A stretch of DNA of 64,000 bases from NCBI GenBank assembly GCA_965112735.1, contig OZ218960.1:62001-126000 (forward strand), written 5' to 3'. The notes beneath the pieces are model-generated. The model had not been told where the DNA came from. It was given only the letters and a program-made list of their open reading frames with translations, and did not search any database. Source of the DNA: Phaeosaccion multiseriatum (Eukaryota > Protista > Ochrophyta, other classes). A program made the translations under genes and the position numbers. Below are positions 1 to 10,232 of this stretch, one piece after another. Position 1 is the first letter of the stretch, and each line of letters starts with the position of its first letter.

Positions 1-26
1 AACGGGGAGAGAACCCAATCAGCCAG

Positions 27-33
<7 letters not shown>

Positions 34-108
<75 letters not shown>
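34..108. repeat. (GT)n microsatellite
   Basis: Uninterrupted GT run, presumably intronic. Confidence 0.95.
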
Positions 109-113
<5 letters not shown>

Positions 114-227
114 GCCGTCTCCTTTATTCGCCCGCCTCCCCCTCCCCCGTCCCGCCACTGACGAAGGCCACTGACTCCAGGCACTGACTCCAGGCACTGA
201 CTCCAGGCAATAACACCAGGCACTGAC

Positions 228-2427
228 CTTCTCCGCGGGGATGCGCAGCTTCTCGGCGGCGTTCTCCTCCTTTGCACTGATCCACACGGGGATATTCGTA
301 CCGGGGAAGGTGTTTTCGACACTCGCTAGGGTCTCTTTGACCCCTCCGATTGGCCCGATCCAACACCCCAACACGCCCGGCGGCACTCCTCCTGCGTGGT
401 CTGGCGTACACAAACCAAAGGGGGGATGACATAAAGGTGCCACGGAGGAAGGGCATATGGGCGGGGGACAGTTACATGGGTAAGAGGAACAGAGAAGCGC
501 GCCGAACCTCCTCTCCGAGACTACCCTGCCCGACGTGAGCTGACATCACATGACATCACATGACATCACATGACATCACCTCCTCGCTCAATCAATCAAC
601 GCCTCTGAAAGAGAGGCTCTCGCTGCCTCTGCACTCCCACTCACCGAAGTGCGTGCTGGTCAGGACGATGGCCTTTGGCTTGAAGCGCGCCGTCTTGATA
701 ATCCTCACGATGGCATCGGGGTCCCACGCCGGGTCAACCACCACGCACTCGCGCGACTCCGCGTCGGCAACAAGATACGTGCAGCTTGAACGCGTTCGAG
801 CGAAGCGGACGAGAGACGGGCAGCGGCCCTTGGGAGGGGGGGGAGAGGGCTGCCCGGAACCCCAGCACTGCTCGCACTCGCGCCGGTGCTCGCGCCACTG
901 GGCCTTCTCGTCGCTTGTCATGGGCTTGCCGGGGGGAAGGAGCTGCACGCCCGAGATGAGCTGCCGCACGATGAAGCCTCCCGTGGGGTTCGAGCGCTTA
1001 CTTACTCCTGCATCTGCTCCTCGGAAAGGAAGGGGCGTGCGTGTGCATGCGCGGCAGGTGACTTTGAGTAAGCATAACACATGAATCATCCACCTATCAC
1101 CATCCATGACCATCTATGACCATCCATGACCGTCCATGACTATCTATGACCATCTATGACCACCTTTGACCATCTATGACCATCTATGACCATCTATGAC
1201 CATCATGGGGGGTCGATGGGCAGTAGGCAGTGGACAGAGGGCAGAGGGCAGAGCACAGAGGGCACGCACACACAAGAAACGGCGGTAGGGGGTAGGGCTG
1301 CGCTGTGGGGCTGCGCTCTCAATGCACAGCGCAACGCCTCTCTCTCTCGGCATGTGGGGCACGAGAGCCTCCGTCGCTACCTCCCTCTCTCCCTCCTCCG
1401 TCTCTCCCTCCCTCCTCTCTCCCTTCCTTTCCTCCCTGCCCGCCCCCTGCAGCACTTTTCGCTTGTACACGTGCAGGCACAGGCAGACGGTAGGACAAAC
1501 AAACAGGGCAGCAGCTCACCTTTGCTGTTGCTGCCCCCCTCCGCCGCTGTGGGCTCGTCGTCCTGGAGCTGCCCCAGGGCATGCAGCGTCTCTTCGCACT
1601 GGCGGATGAAGACGTCTCTCTCTGGGGCTGCGATGCACTCATGGTGCCGCAGCGTGTGCAGAGCGTCCCAATAGAGCCCCTCATGGAACTGCGCAACGCC
1701 CAATCTGGGGGGAGGAGGCGGGGCATGTGCACGCGACCGTACGCGTGAGTGCGTGTGTGTGGTGCGCTCTTTTCTCTTCCCGACCTCTCTGGTCACAAGC
1801 TGCGCACATTGACTATGGCTTGAAAGCGGACGGCAAAGTTGAGCAGCGCAGCGACACAAGATCCATCTCTGTGTGAAACTCTTAGCCGTCAAGGTCCAAC
1901 CTTCACGTGCAACCTTCCACCCACCTAAGGTACAGCTTGGGCCATCCGAAGCCCTCCGCGAAGCCCTTTTTGGCGGTCACAAGTGCAGCGTTGCCGTCTT
2001 CCAGAACAAGCCAGGCATGCGCGAGGTTGCTGTAGCACTTGGCGATGGTCAGGAAGGTGGCTTCCTCTGCTTCTCCTTCCGCACTTTTGCCCTTGCTTCT
2101 CGAACGCGGTTGCTGCTGTGCTTGCTGCTGCGCCCCACCCAATACTTCAGGTGCGACTGCTGCATCTGCCACGTCCATCTCGGGATGCTCTTCCGAAAAT
2201 TTCTTCTCCGCCACAAACGCCTGACCCAAAACTTTGATGGCGTCTTCCCACTTTTCCGTGGCCTTTGCCCTTTCTCCGTCATTGAAGCACTGTTTGGCCT
2301 CATCCTTCAGGCGTATACCCTGAAGTTTGAGGTTCCGTAGCTGGCTCGCTTTCTCCTCTGCACTCGACTCAATGAGCTCATCGTCACTGTCCGCGGCGTT
2401 GCGGCTAGTGCCCCACCATTTCCTCAT
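228..2427 (-). CDS. TPR-domain / metallo-beta-lactamase-fold (glyoxalase II/ETHE1-like) fusion protein; 3' part probably runs off the left edge
   Basis: Phase-compatible GT-AG exons 2427-1925, 1704-1520, 1007-645, 400-228. The N-terminus is TPR-like (LKDEAKQCFNDGERAKATEKWEDAI; CYSNLAHAWLVLEDGNAAL; WPKLYLR|LGVAQF). The C-terminus has MBL-fold signatures TYLVAD...ECVVVDPAWD...AIVLTSTHF|DHAGG. Confidence 0.75.
541..579. repeat. Tandem decamer (TGACATCACA) x~4
   Basis: Directly visible, in an intron of the TPR-MBL gene. Confidence 0.9.
1101..1204. repeat. Tandem decamer (CATCTATGAC/CATCCATGAC) x~10
   Basis: Directly visible, intronic. Confidence 0.9.
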
Positions 2428-2831
2428 CTCCTCTGTCGATCCTGCCCGGAACAGACAGGCTGCAGGCTATTCAACACTAACTGAGACCCATGAAAGGTAC
2501 AAGGGCCGCGTGTGGGGATCGGGACAGAGAGAGAGAAAGAGCGAGCGAGCGAGCGAGAGAGAGAGGGGGGGGGGGGAGAGAGGGAGAGAGAGAGAGAGAG
2601 AGGGAGAGAGAGACGAGGAGGGAGACAGACCAGGGAGAGACAGCAGGGAGAGACCGCAAGGGGAGAGAGGAGAGATAGACTGATGTTTCAGAGGGACAAA
2701 GCGAGAGAGCGAGGGAGAGAGAAAGAGACAAAGAAAAAGCGGGGGGGGGGGGGGAGCGGCGCGAAGTAAAGATCAATAATTTCAGCTTCTCCTCCCTGCC
2801 CTCTTGCACACTTCGGCCCCTGCCCTGCCCA

Positions 2832-4373
2832 ATGCTCTCGCATTGCAAGTCAGGCACATGTGGTTTCATTGCTGCTCCGCCAGCTGTAAGAGCTACTGTC
2901 CGCACTGGGTGGGCGAGTAGCAAGAGGCTGGCGAAGGCCACGGAAGCAGGCTTTGAAGAAGATCGAGGCCACGTATCTGGAGAGAGGAAAAGAGCGCTGT
3001 CTTCTCGCCGCCGGGTTCTCCAGCAGATCGGCTCCGCAGCTGTCCTATTTACTGCAGGGGCTGCAGCCGACCCTCTTCTTTTTGTCCCGACGGCTGCGGC
3101 GGACGACAGTGGAGGCAGCAGCGAGAAATTTCAGGATTTTAGCGTGGAGTTTGGGACGGGCCCTTTAGGACTCCAGCTCGTTGAAGCGGAGTCAGATGAT
3201 ACCACAACGGCATGGAGAACGGCCAAGAAGGTCGTCGTAGAAGCGGTAAGCCCGGTATTTACTCCATGGAGTGCCCTGCGTCATTTCAGTTCAGCTCAAT
3301 AGAAAAATGATCCGACCAAACGATGAGCAATACTTGCAAGCAAGCCTCCCTCACTGCTTACCTGCTGCTGTTTCCTTCGTTCGCTGGTGGTGAAGGTCCT
3401 GATGAAATCGCAGGCTGTCATGCATCCTACCATTCGGGCGGGACAAGCAGTCGTTGCGGTGAATGGCCTGGCTGTGGATCCCTCCCTCCGGGCCAAGCAA
3501 GTGAAGCTTTTGATTCAAACATCACCGCGCCCCTTGACCATCACGTTCAGAGACTTTAATCCGAAGGACAATGCGGCACTGCAGGCTGAGACGAGGGCGA
3601 AAGCGGGGGCGAAGAAGAGCGAAGGTGACGCAGAAGGTGGTGGGGGGTCAGGACTCGCTCAGGAGGCAGCAGCCGACACGAGTGGGACGAGTGGGCCTAG
3701 TGGGACTGCCCCCCCCGCGGAGAACGAGCTTCAGGTCAAGCGAGTACGGCCCGGGACCGCATGTGGCGTAAGGACAAGAACTGGAGACCTCATCGTGAGT
3801 CACACAAACATACCTTTGACCTTTGTGTAGGCATACCTTTGTGTAGGCAGGTTCGGAGGACTCTGGTCCGCCCTGCTCGGGCGCATGTCCACCCCGTCGT
3901 TTGTGTGTCTGGGGCTGCTTCTTTCACCCGTTATGTGTGAGATGTAAGCGTGCTGTGTTGGTTGTGCCCCGAAACCTTCGCAGGAGATCAAGTACACCGC
4001 GAGGATTGGATCCATCGCAGGGAGAGAGTTCGACAGCTCAAACAAACGCGGCCTGCAGTCCTTCGCCTTCACCCTGGGGAATGGCGAGGTGCTGAAGGGC
4101 CTTGAGCTCGCCTGCTACGACATGTGCATCGGGGAGCGGAGGAAGATTGACATTCCCCCACGGCTCGCCTTCGGGGAGCAGGGCAGCAAGGCCTACGGCG
4201 TGCCCTCCAACACGCGGCTCGTGTACGGTGTGGAGCTCACCGCCATCAACTTGAACGGATCCCCCGTCACCACGCGGGCAGACAACTACTACACCGGCGC
4301 TCCTTGCTCGGAGGGAGCCTTCAAGAAGGGGACTGCGTCGGGCAATTGCGTGGCTGTCGAAGACGATTATTGA
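2832..4373 (+). CDS. Thylakoid-lumen PDZ-like + FKBP-type peptidyl-prolyl isomerase
   Basis: Exons ~2832-3245, 3396-3794, 3984-4373. Twin-Arg motif SRRRVLQQ followed by a hydrophobic stretch ending TAAA. PDZ-like segments FSVEFGTGPLGLQL...IRAGQAVVAVNG...RPLTITFRD. FKBP core GDLI|EIKY...FDSS...FTLGNGEVLKGLE...MCIGERRKIDIPPRLAFG. The true start may lie upstream. Confidence 0.85.
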
Positions 4374-4768
4374 AGGGAACTTGCCGCTGTGCGGGCAGGG
4401 CTAGTCTCTTCTCTTCTCTTCGTTGTGAAGAAGGCGGTTCTTGAACAGCCGAATGCAGACGCGAAAGGCCTGGCCAGTGCATACCCCTTTCCACTTCTAT
4501 CTGAGTCTCAACCTGTATTTATATTTATATATAGAGTGCACTTGTTCCAGAGACGACACGCCGTCATTGCCCAGGTGATAAGATAGAGTGCTGTGAAGTC
4601 CATTGCGTAACGTCAGCTATCACCATAGGCTTGCCGTGCTGTACCAGCTGCGGACAACGGAGAGTGGAGAATGCTCTCTCCATGCCATTCTTTTCTACCC
4701 GATGACGGGCCAGAAGCAGCACGTAAACGCCTTGTGCTTCACTCACAAAGTGCTTGACACAAAGTGCC

Positions 4769-6242
4769 TCACTTGATCCTCTCCAGCAGCACCTCGAAGA
4801 GCACGTCTGCACTCATGCGGGGGTTGGTGATGACTCGGTCGTAGGCACGCTGCTCGTCCTTCGTCACAGGGGAGGGCAGGCCGTCTTCTGCTCGAGCATA
4901 GCCGGGCTTACGGACCTGGCGCGGTTGAGTGAAGCGGGGCAAACAGGAGCAGCAGGAGCAGGGGGGAGGGAGGAAAGGGGAAGATAGGGCGCGTGAGTGC
5001 GGAGGATGAGGAGAGTGGCCTCGCTCACTGGCCACGACATTGGGGAAACACACACACACACACACACGGGCCGCCCTTGAGGGAGGGGAGCAAGAGCAAG
5101 GGCACACTATACCAATCGCACGTCTTCGGGGCTGCGCAGGCTATAGCGCACACACGAGACGGCCAGGGGGGGGGGGGGGCAGGAAGCACAAGCCCTGGAC
5201 GTACTGTAGTCTAGAGGCGGGCGAAAATCCCCCCCCTGTCCCCACTGCGTAGTTGAAAACGACACCAGAGACCACGGCCCCGTGTGAAAGAGACCGCTCG
5301 TCCCTGGCTTTGTCCTTCGTCAGCCCCCCCCTCGTGCCTCCTATCCACCCATTCTTGGGCCCTTTGCTTTGCTTTGCTTGCGTACCTGGTCGGACGGCAC
5401 AACTATCCGCCGGATTGAGCCGACTTTCATCCCGATCATCCCCTCCTCCAGGCCGGGAAGAGCCCTGCCCTTGCCCATCCTCCACGTGAGCTCCTGGAAG
5501 TCGGGCAGGTTCTTGGTGGAGAAGAACTGGAGCCCTCCCGGTTGCGTCTGAGTCTGAGTGGCGGGAGAGAGGAAGGTAATGAGGTGTCTCTGCCAATGGA
5601 CTGGGTGGTGCTGCAGGGCATTGGCACGGCACTTCGGCAGCGGACCTCTCCGTTGAGCAGTGTGAGAAGTACAGTACGTCTCACCTGAAGAGTTGGCAAC
5701 CGGCAAGTCATCTGCACCGTGACCTTGCTGTCATTTGTTACCACGGCGTCTCCTGTCCCCTCCACAAACTCGGCCATCTTTACGCCAGAGTCGAGTACGT
5801 CGTACTCACGTTCCTGCAGTCCAGGGTCCTTGGGGGGCTCCCCGCCCATAGCCTTGATGCGCTTCATTGCCGCCGACTTTTCGTCGTCAACTCCGGTGTC
5901 TACCTTGAGGCCCTTCACATCGATGGCCCATGCTGCATTGCTCCCTCCTCCTCCCGCCACAGCAGCAGCTCCAGTGGCCAGACCCAGCCCCGCCAACAGA
6001 ATCTCACGCCTGCTGCTGCCGCTGCTACTCGTGATGACGCCTCCGTCTTCCCCTGTTTCCCGCTTCGCCCAGGTTACAGAAGCGCTTTTTCTCTCCCTCT
6101 TTCTGTTGCTGTAGTTGCTCGCGCTCATGGGAAGCCGTGCCACCTTCCCAGTGACCGCAAAGGCCGCAACGGAGGCTGGCTGGCACAGCATCAGGAGCAA
6201 GCTCGAAACTACCGCAATTCCGGTGGACCTGAGGTGCACCAT
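4769..6242 (-). CDS. Thylakoid-lumen FKBP-type peptidyl-prolyl isomerase (divergent)
   Basis: Exons 6242-5685, ~5550-5386, 4915-4769. Signal peptide ending ASVAA-F (ASAFAP-like), transit peptide, Tat motif SRREILL...AAWA. FKBP motifs DSGVKMAEFVEGTG, GKGRALPGLEEGMIGMKVGSIRRIVVP and VLFEVLLERIK. Confidence 0.85.
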
Positions 6243-6354
6243 AGCTACTGCACGTCCCGGAGGAAGAAAAAAAAGGCTAATGGTGACATGAACAAACCTG
6301 TTGGTGGTATGCACGGGCTCACACTTTCCTCCTTCCCTTTCATCTCTCCCTGAA

Positions 6355-6990
6355 ATGCCGCCCTCTTCCTCCGTGCGCCTCTGTCGCCTGCCCTCTTGTG
6401 CGAAGGCTATCGCGGGGCCAAGGATCAACAAGTGTAGCAAATGCCTTCAAGCGGCGTATTGTGGTCGGGAGTGCCAGAGGGCACACTGGAAGGCCCATAA
6501 AAGCGAGTGTAAAGCTTGTGTGGAGGATAACGCCAGGCTATCGAAGGTCTTTGCGCCTTCTGAAGACGACAGTAATACTGGCACATATGTTTTGGCCCCT
6601 GATGCGCTCACAGCGGACGAGGAAGCCCAATTGCTTTCGGATTGGAGACGCTCCATGACAGTCAGCGACTGCATTCCAGGCTGCAGCCCTGCGGATACCA
6701 TGAGAAAGCTAAACGTCTGCTATGGTCTGGTCAAGGGTCTCGCAGTGGGGGACTGGGAAGGGTTGACACAGCGGATGAGACAATCATCCAAGCATTTGCG
6801 AATCAAGAACGTCCCGCCCCTTCAAGCTGGCGACCGAGTTGAGGTGCACGCTGGCAACGACATTCAGTGGGAGTCGGTGGGGGAGAAGGGGGTACTCGTC
6901 GAGTACTTTCGTAGGGACGGAAAGTGGGGCATTGAATTTGATAGTGGGGCAATGAAACTGGTTCACCACGGCAACCTGAAGCGTGTGTAA
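6355..6990 (+). CDS. MYND-type zinc-finger protein with C-terminal SH3/KOW-like domain (intronless)
   Basis: CRLPSC...KCSKCLQAAYCGRECQRAHWKAHKSEC is a canonical MYND finger. The C-terminal LQAGDRVEV...GEKGVLVEY...GKWGIEFD...KLVHHGNLKRV looks like a beta-barrel. Confidence 0.85.
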   Translation: MPPSSSVRLCRLPSCAKAIAGPRINKCSKCLQAAYCGRECQRAHWKAHKSECKACVEDNARLSKVFAPSEDDSNTGTYVLAPDALTADEEAQLLSDWRRSMTVSDCIPGCSPADTMRKLNVCYGLVKGLAVGDWEGLTQRMRQSSKHLRIKNVPPLQAGDRVEVHAGNDIQWESVGEKGVLVEYFRRDGKWGIEFDSGAMKLVHHGNLKRV

Positions 6991-7882
6991 CACTGTGCGA
7001 ACCCTTCTTTCCTTCTCAAGGCAAAGGGTGCGTGGCCCACCTTTCCTTGCCACGGGAGAAAGTGTGTGTGGCCCACAATAGCACCAGTAACGACATAAAA
7101 AGGCAGTGACAGCACCGCGAAGGAGAGGCAACCCCAATTGCACTAAGTATGTACGGAACGGGAGCGCACCGGGGGCGGTGGGCAGGCCGAGCAGGCGGGT
7201 AAGCTGGGCATGCGTTTCACTCGAGCTGCTGGAAGTTTGGCCTCCCACTCAATTGACCGGAAGAGGGCTGCCAGACGACTTGTCTGTCTCTACACTTTTG
7301 CTGGAGAGCCGCCCGAGTCTGACGCGTGCAGCCCCGCCTCTCTCTCCCCCCTCCAGGCTGAAGGAGCAACAACCCTCCCAGGAAGTAAGCAAGGCCATCC
7401 TTTGCACCTGAGTACACTGCGCCTTCCATGAGGAGCTGTGCCGATACCGCCACCCACAGTCAGGCTCATGGAGAGCAGAGGCAGCAACAATGACGCACGG
7501 GAAAGTGGCGCATGGTGGGGCAGCTGTACAGCACCGATGATTCTCCTTTTCTTACCGGCACTTGTTTACACTCGATTTGCGTAAGAATCGCCCAAATCGC
7601 CCGTTTTTTAGAGATCGGGCGGCAAGGGGGGAGTGCTCTTGCAGAAATGCTGAAAAGTAGGGAAGGGAAAAAGCGATGAAAGTCGAAAGACTATGCATCG
7701 ATAGGCATCTCAAAGAGCTACACGAAGAGCTATAGCGCTTCTCCAAGCGTCATTTTGCTGAGCTCTCCCCAAACTCAAAGTGTTCAAAAATGGAGCGCTT
7801 CTTACGCAAAATTGATTTGTGTTCCAATTAATTCTAAAAGTGCAAAATTAATAAAAATGCAAATAGTCGTGCCCCTGGTCCC

Positions 7883-9694
7883 CTACTTGGCTGCTGAGGC
7901 ATCGCCGTATCTGCTCCACGGATCCTGCATCTTCCGAGCCCCTCGACAGTGCACAGTCACCCTCCTCCAGTCCATATCCATGTTGTCGTAGCCATCGTCG
8001 TCCTCCTCTGGCCACCCAATGTGCCCCACTTCCACCTTGATCTTCCTCAGCGCCGGGGAGAGAGGCGGCGGCAGAAAGGGCGCATCAAACGGCAGCTCGC
8101 CAGCCGGGCCGCAATCCCAGTATATCAACTTCTTGAGGGTGGAGGGGAGATGAGGGAAATCATATCGTGAGAGGGAGTAGCCGGGGCCGAGAACCACCAC
8201 CTCTACACCGTGGGGGGGAGTGAGGGGCTGAGCGAAATTGGCTGATCTCGGCAGCCTCAGCTCACGCAACGACGGCGGAAGGACGGGGAGGGCCATTTCC
8301 AACGAGTAACACTCTTCAAGATCGAGGACACGAAGAAGAGGCGGCAAGGGGCGCAGCTTCAGACAATATCCAAAGACGACGACTCTCTCCAGCCCCCGTG
8401 GTAACGTGACGGTGCCCTCGTTCGCGACCATGAACCTGCCATGGAACTGCACGCTCTTGAGGGTCGAAGGAAGAATCAGGTTTGGCTGATTGAATGATCC
8501 GGAAAGCTTAAGTCTTTGAAGCCCCTCTGGGAGCTCCAAAGGCTGATTGAAGCAGCCTCGGAACACGGCCTCCTCAAGCCCTTTAGGAAGGCGCAGGTCG
8601 GCTCGGTTGAAACAATACCCAAACGTAACCTTCTTCAGCGAGGACGGGAGAACGATACGTTTGTTGAATGAGAAACCGCATGTCAACTCCTCCAGCCCCT
8701 CAAAGAGCTTCAAAGGTTGGTTGAAATCCTCTCCCAGCACCAGGCTTCGAAGCCCCGCTGGCACCTCCAAAGGCTGATCGAAGTCTGAGCAGAATTCTAC
8801 CTTCTTCAACGAGGCAGGAAGCACGATAGGCTGATTGTATCTGTTTCCGAATGTCACCTCCTCAAGCCCTTCAGGAAGTCTCGTATTGGCCTGGTCGAAG
8901 TCACACCCGAAAAAAATCTTCTTGAGCGAGGCCGGCAGCTCCAATTCACCATTGAAGTAGTCGCCCAGCTCGAGAACACGCAGGCCGAAAGGAAGGCGGC
9001 ACTGAAGCCGCTCGATGTAGTGGCCTATTTGGATGCGCTTAATAGAGCCGCACAGAGACATCTTGCCCATGGCCTCGCGCACCAACCTCCGTTCTACCAC
9101 CCTCTGTGTTCTGCTCATGAACTCGTCGCACGGCAGGCTCCCCAGTCTAACCTCTGCAAAAGGGAAACGCCACAGCCTGTCACAGGAAGGCATGTTGCTC
9201 TGGTTCGGGCCGCAGCGCAGCTGTAATGTGAGATTCAAATCGACAGAGCCTAGGCTTAGGCTCTGTAGCAGCATCTGCTTGAGGTCCTCGTCGCGCTTGC
9301 CCTCCTCCACCGCACGGTGGATGGAGTTGAGCAGCATCTTCGTCATTTCGTTCTTGCTCATCCCCTCCACTGCATGCGCCATGGATGCGACAAGCATCTG
9401 CTTAAGCTTATCCGTGCTCTGCGCACGGTGAATATACTCTGGGGCCACGGGCTCGCTCGCCAACATTCGCAAGAACCGTCGCTGCACCTCGAAGGGCATG
9501 AATGAGTGCAGCACCAGACGGCGGGGACTAATCATGTCCAAGCCTCTGCTGATGCCCCACAGCTCCCTCTGCGGGCCAGAGGTGGTCAATACGAGAGTGA
9601 GGACCTGATAACCTGTTGTTGCGCCGTTCCCATTGGGCCTCTGTCGCTTAGGATCCCTCTTAATGAGTATTCGCACCCTTGCGGGTGGCTCCAT
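7883..9694 (-). CDS. FNIP-repeat (LRR-like) protein, 603 aa, intronless
   Basis: Long clean ORF with about ten ~21-22 aa repeats of the type LP(xS/EG)LxxLxFGxxFNQPL (e.g. LPEGLEEVTFGNRYNQPI, VPAGLRSLVLGEDFNQPL, LPEGLQRLKLSGSFNQPN). Confidence 0.88.
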   Translation of the reverse strand: MEPPARVRILIKRDPKRQRPNGNGATTGYQVLTLVLTTSGPQRELWGISRGLDMISPRRLVLHSFMPFEVQRRFLRMLASEPVAPEYIHRAQSTDKLKQMLVASMAHAVEGMSKNEMTKMLLNSIHRAVEEGKRDEDLKQMLLQSLSLGSVDLNLTLQLRCGPNQSNMPSCDRLWRFPFAEVRLGSLPCDEFMSRTQRVVERRLVREAMGKMSLCGSIKRIQIGHYIERLQCRLPFGLRVLELGDYFNGELELPASLKKIFFGCDFDQANTRLPEGLEEVTFGNRYNQPIVLPASLKKVEFCSDFDQPLEVPAGLRSLVLGEDFNQPLKLFEGLEELTCGFSFNKRIVLPSSLKKVTFGYCFNRADLRLPKGLEEAVFRGCFNQPLELPEGLQRLKLSGSFNQPNLILPSTLKSVQFHGRFMVANEGTVTLPRGLERVVVFGYCLKLRPLPPLLRVLDLEECYSLEMALPVLPPSLRELRLPRSANFAQPLTPPHGVEVVVLGPGYSLSRYDFPHLPSTLKKLIYWDCGPAGELPFDAPFLPPPLSPALRKIKVEVGHIGWPEEDDDGYDNMDMDWRRVTVHCRGARKMQDPWSRYGDASAAK

Positions 9695-10232
9695 TTCCCC
9701 TCTTTCCCCTTCCCTTTCTTTCCTTTTTGCTTCTCTTCACATTTTTTCCAAAAAAAAAAGAGCAAATAGAAAAGCCATCCAGTGCCATTTTGCTGACTTA
9801 TTGACATCACTCACGCACGAATTAACGAGTCAGTCAGAGACTTCGCGCGAATTGGCTGGATACCCGCACACTCACTTCCCTTGTCTGTCTCTGGATAAGT
9901 CTCCGCGTGATTGTACCAGGACGAGTCATAGGTCATCTGTCCTTTCCCTTAAGGTTTGTCGTAACTCAAATTTGGAATTTCCCACACCCTACCCTCTGTA
10001 TCCACACCCTATACCCACCTCTTACCCCTTCTTCTCCCACCTCCCCGGCCGCTGTACCGAACCTCTCCCACCACTCCTCCCTCCGGAACGCAAATGCCTT
10101 TCCTTTCCTCTTCTTTTTTGGATAGTCAGTACATCATTATCCCCCCTTGCAGTCAGCAATTTCTCAGTCTCAGGATCTCTTTCACTCCCTTCTCGTTCTC
10201 TCTTTTACTCCTCCGTGTTATCAGCAGGAAGT

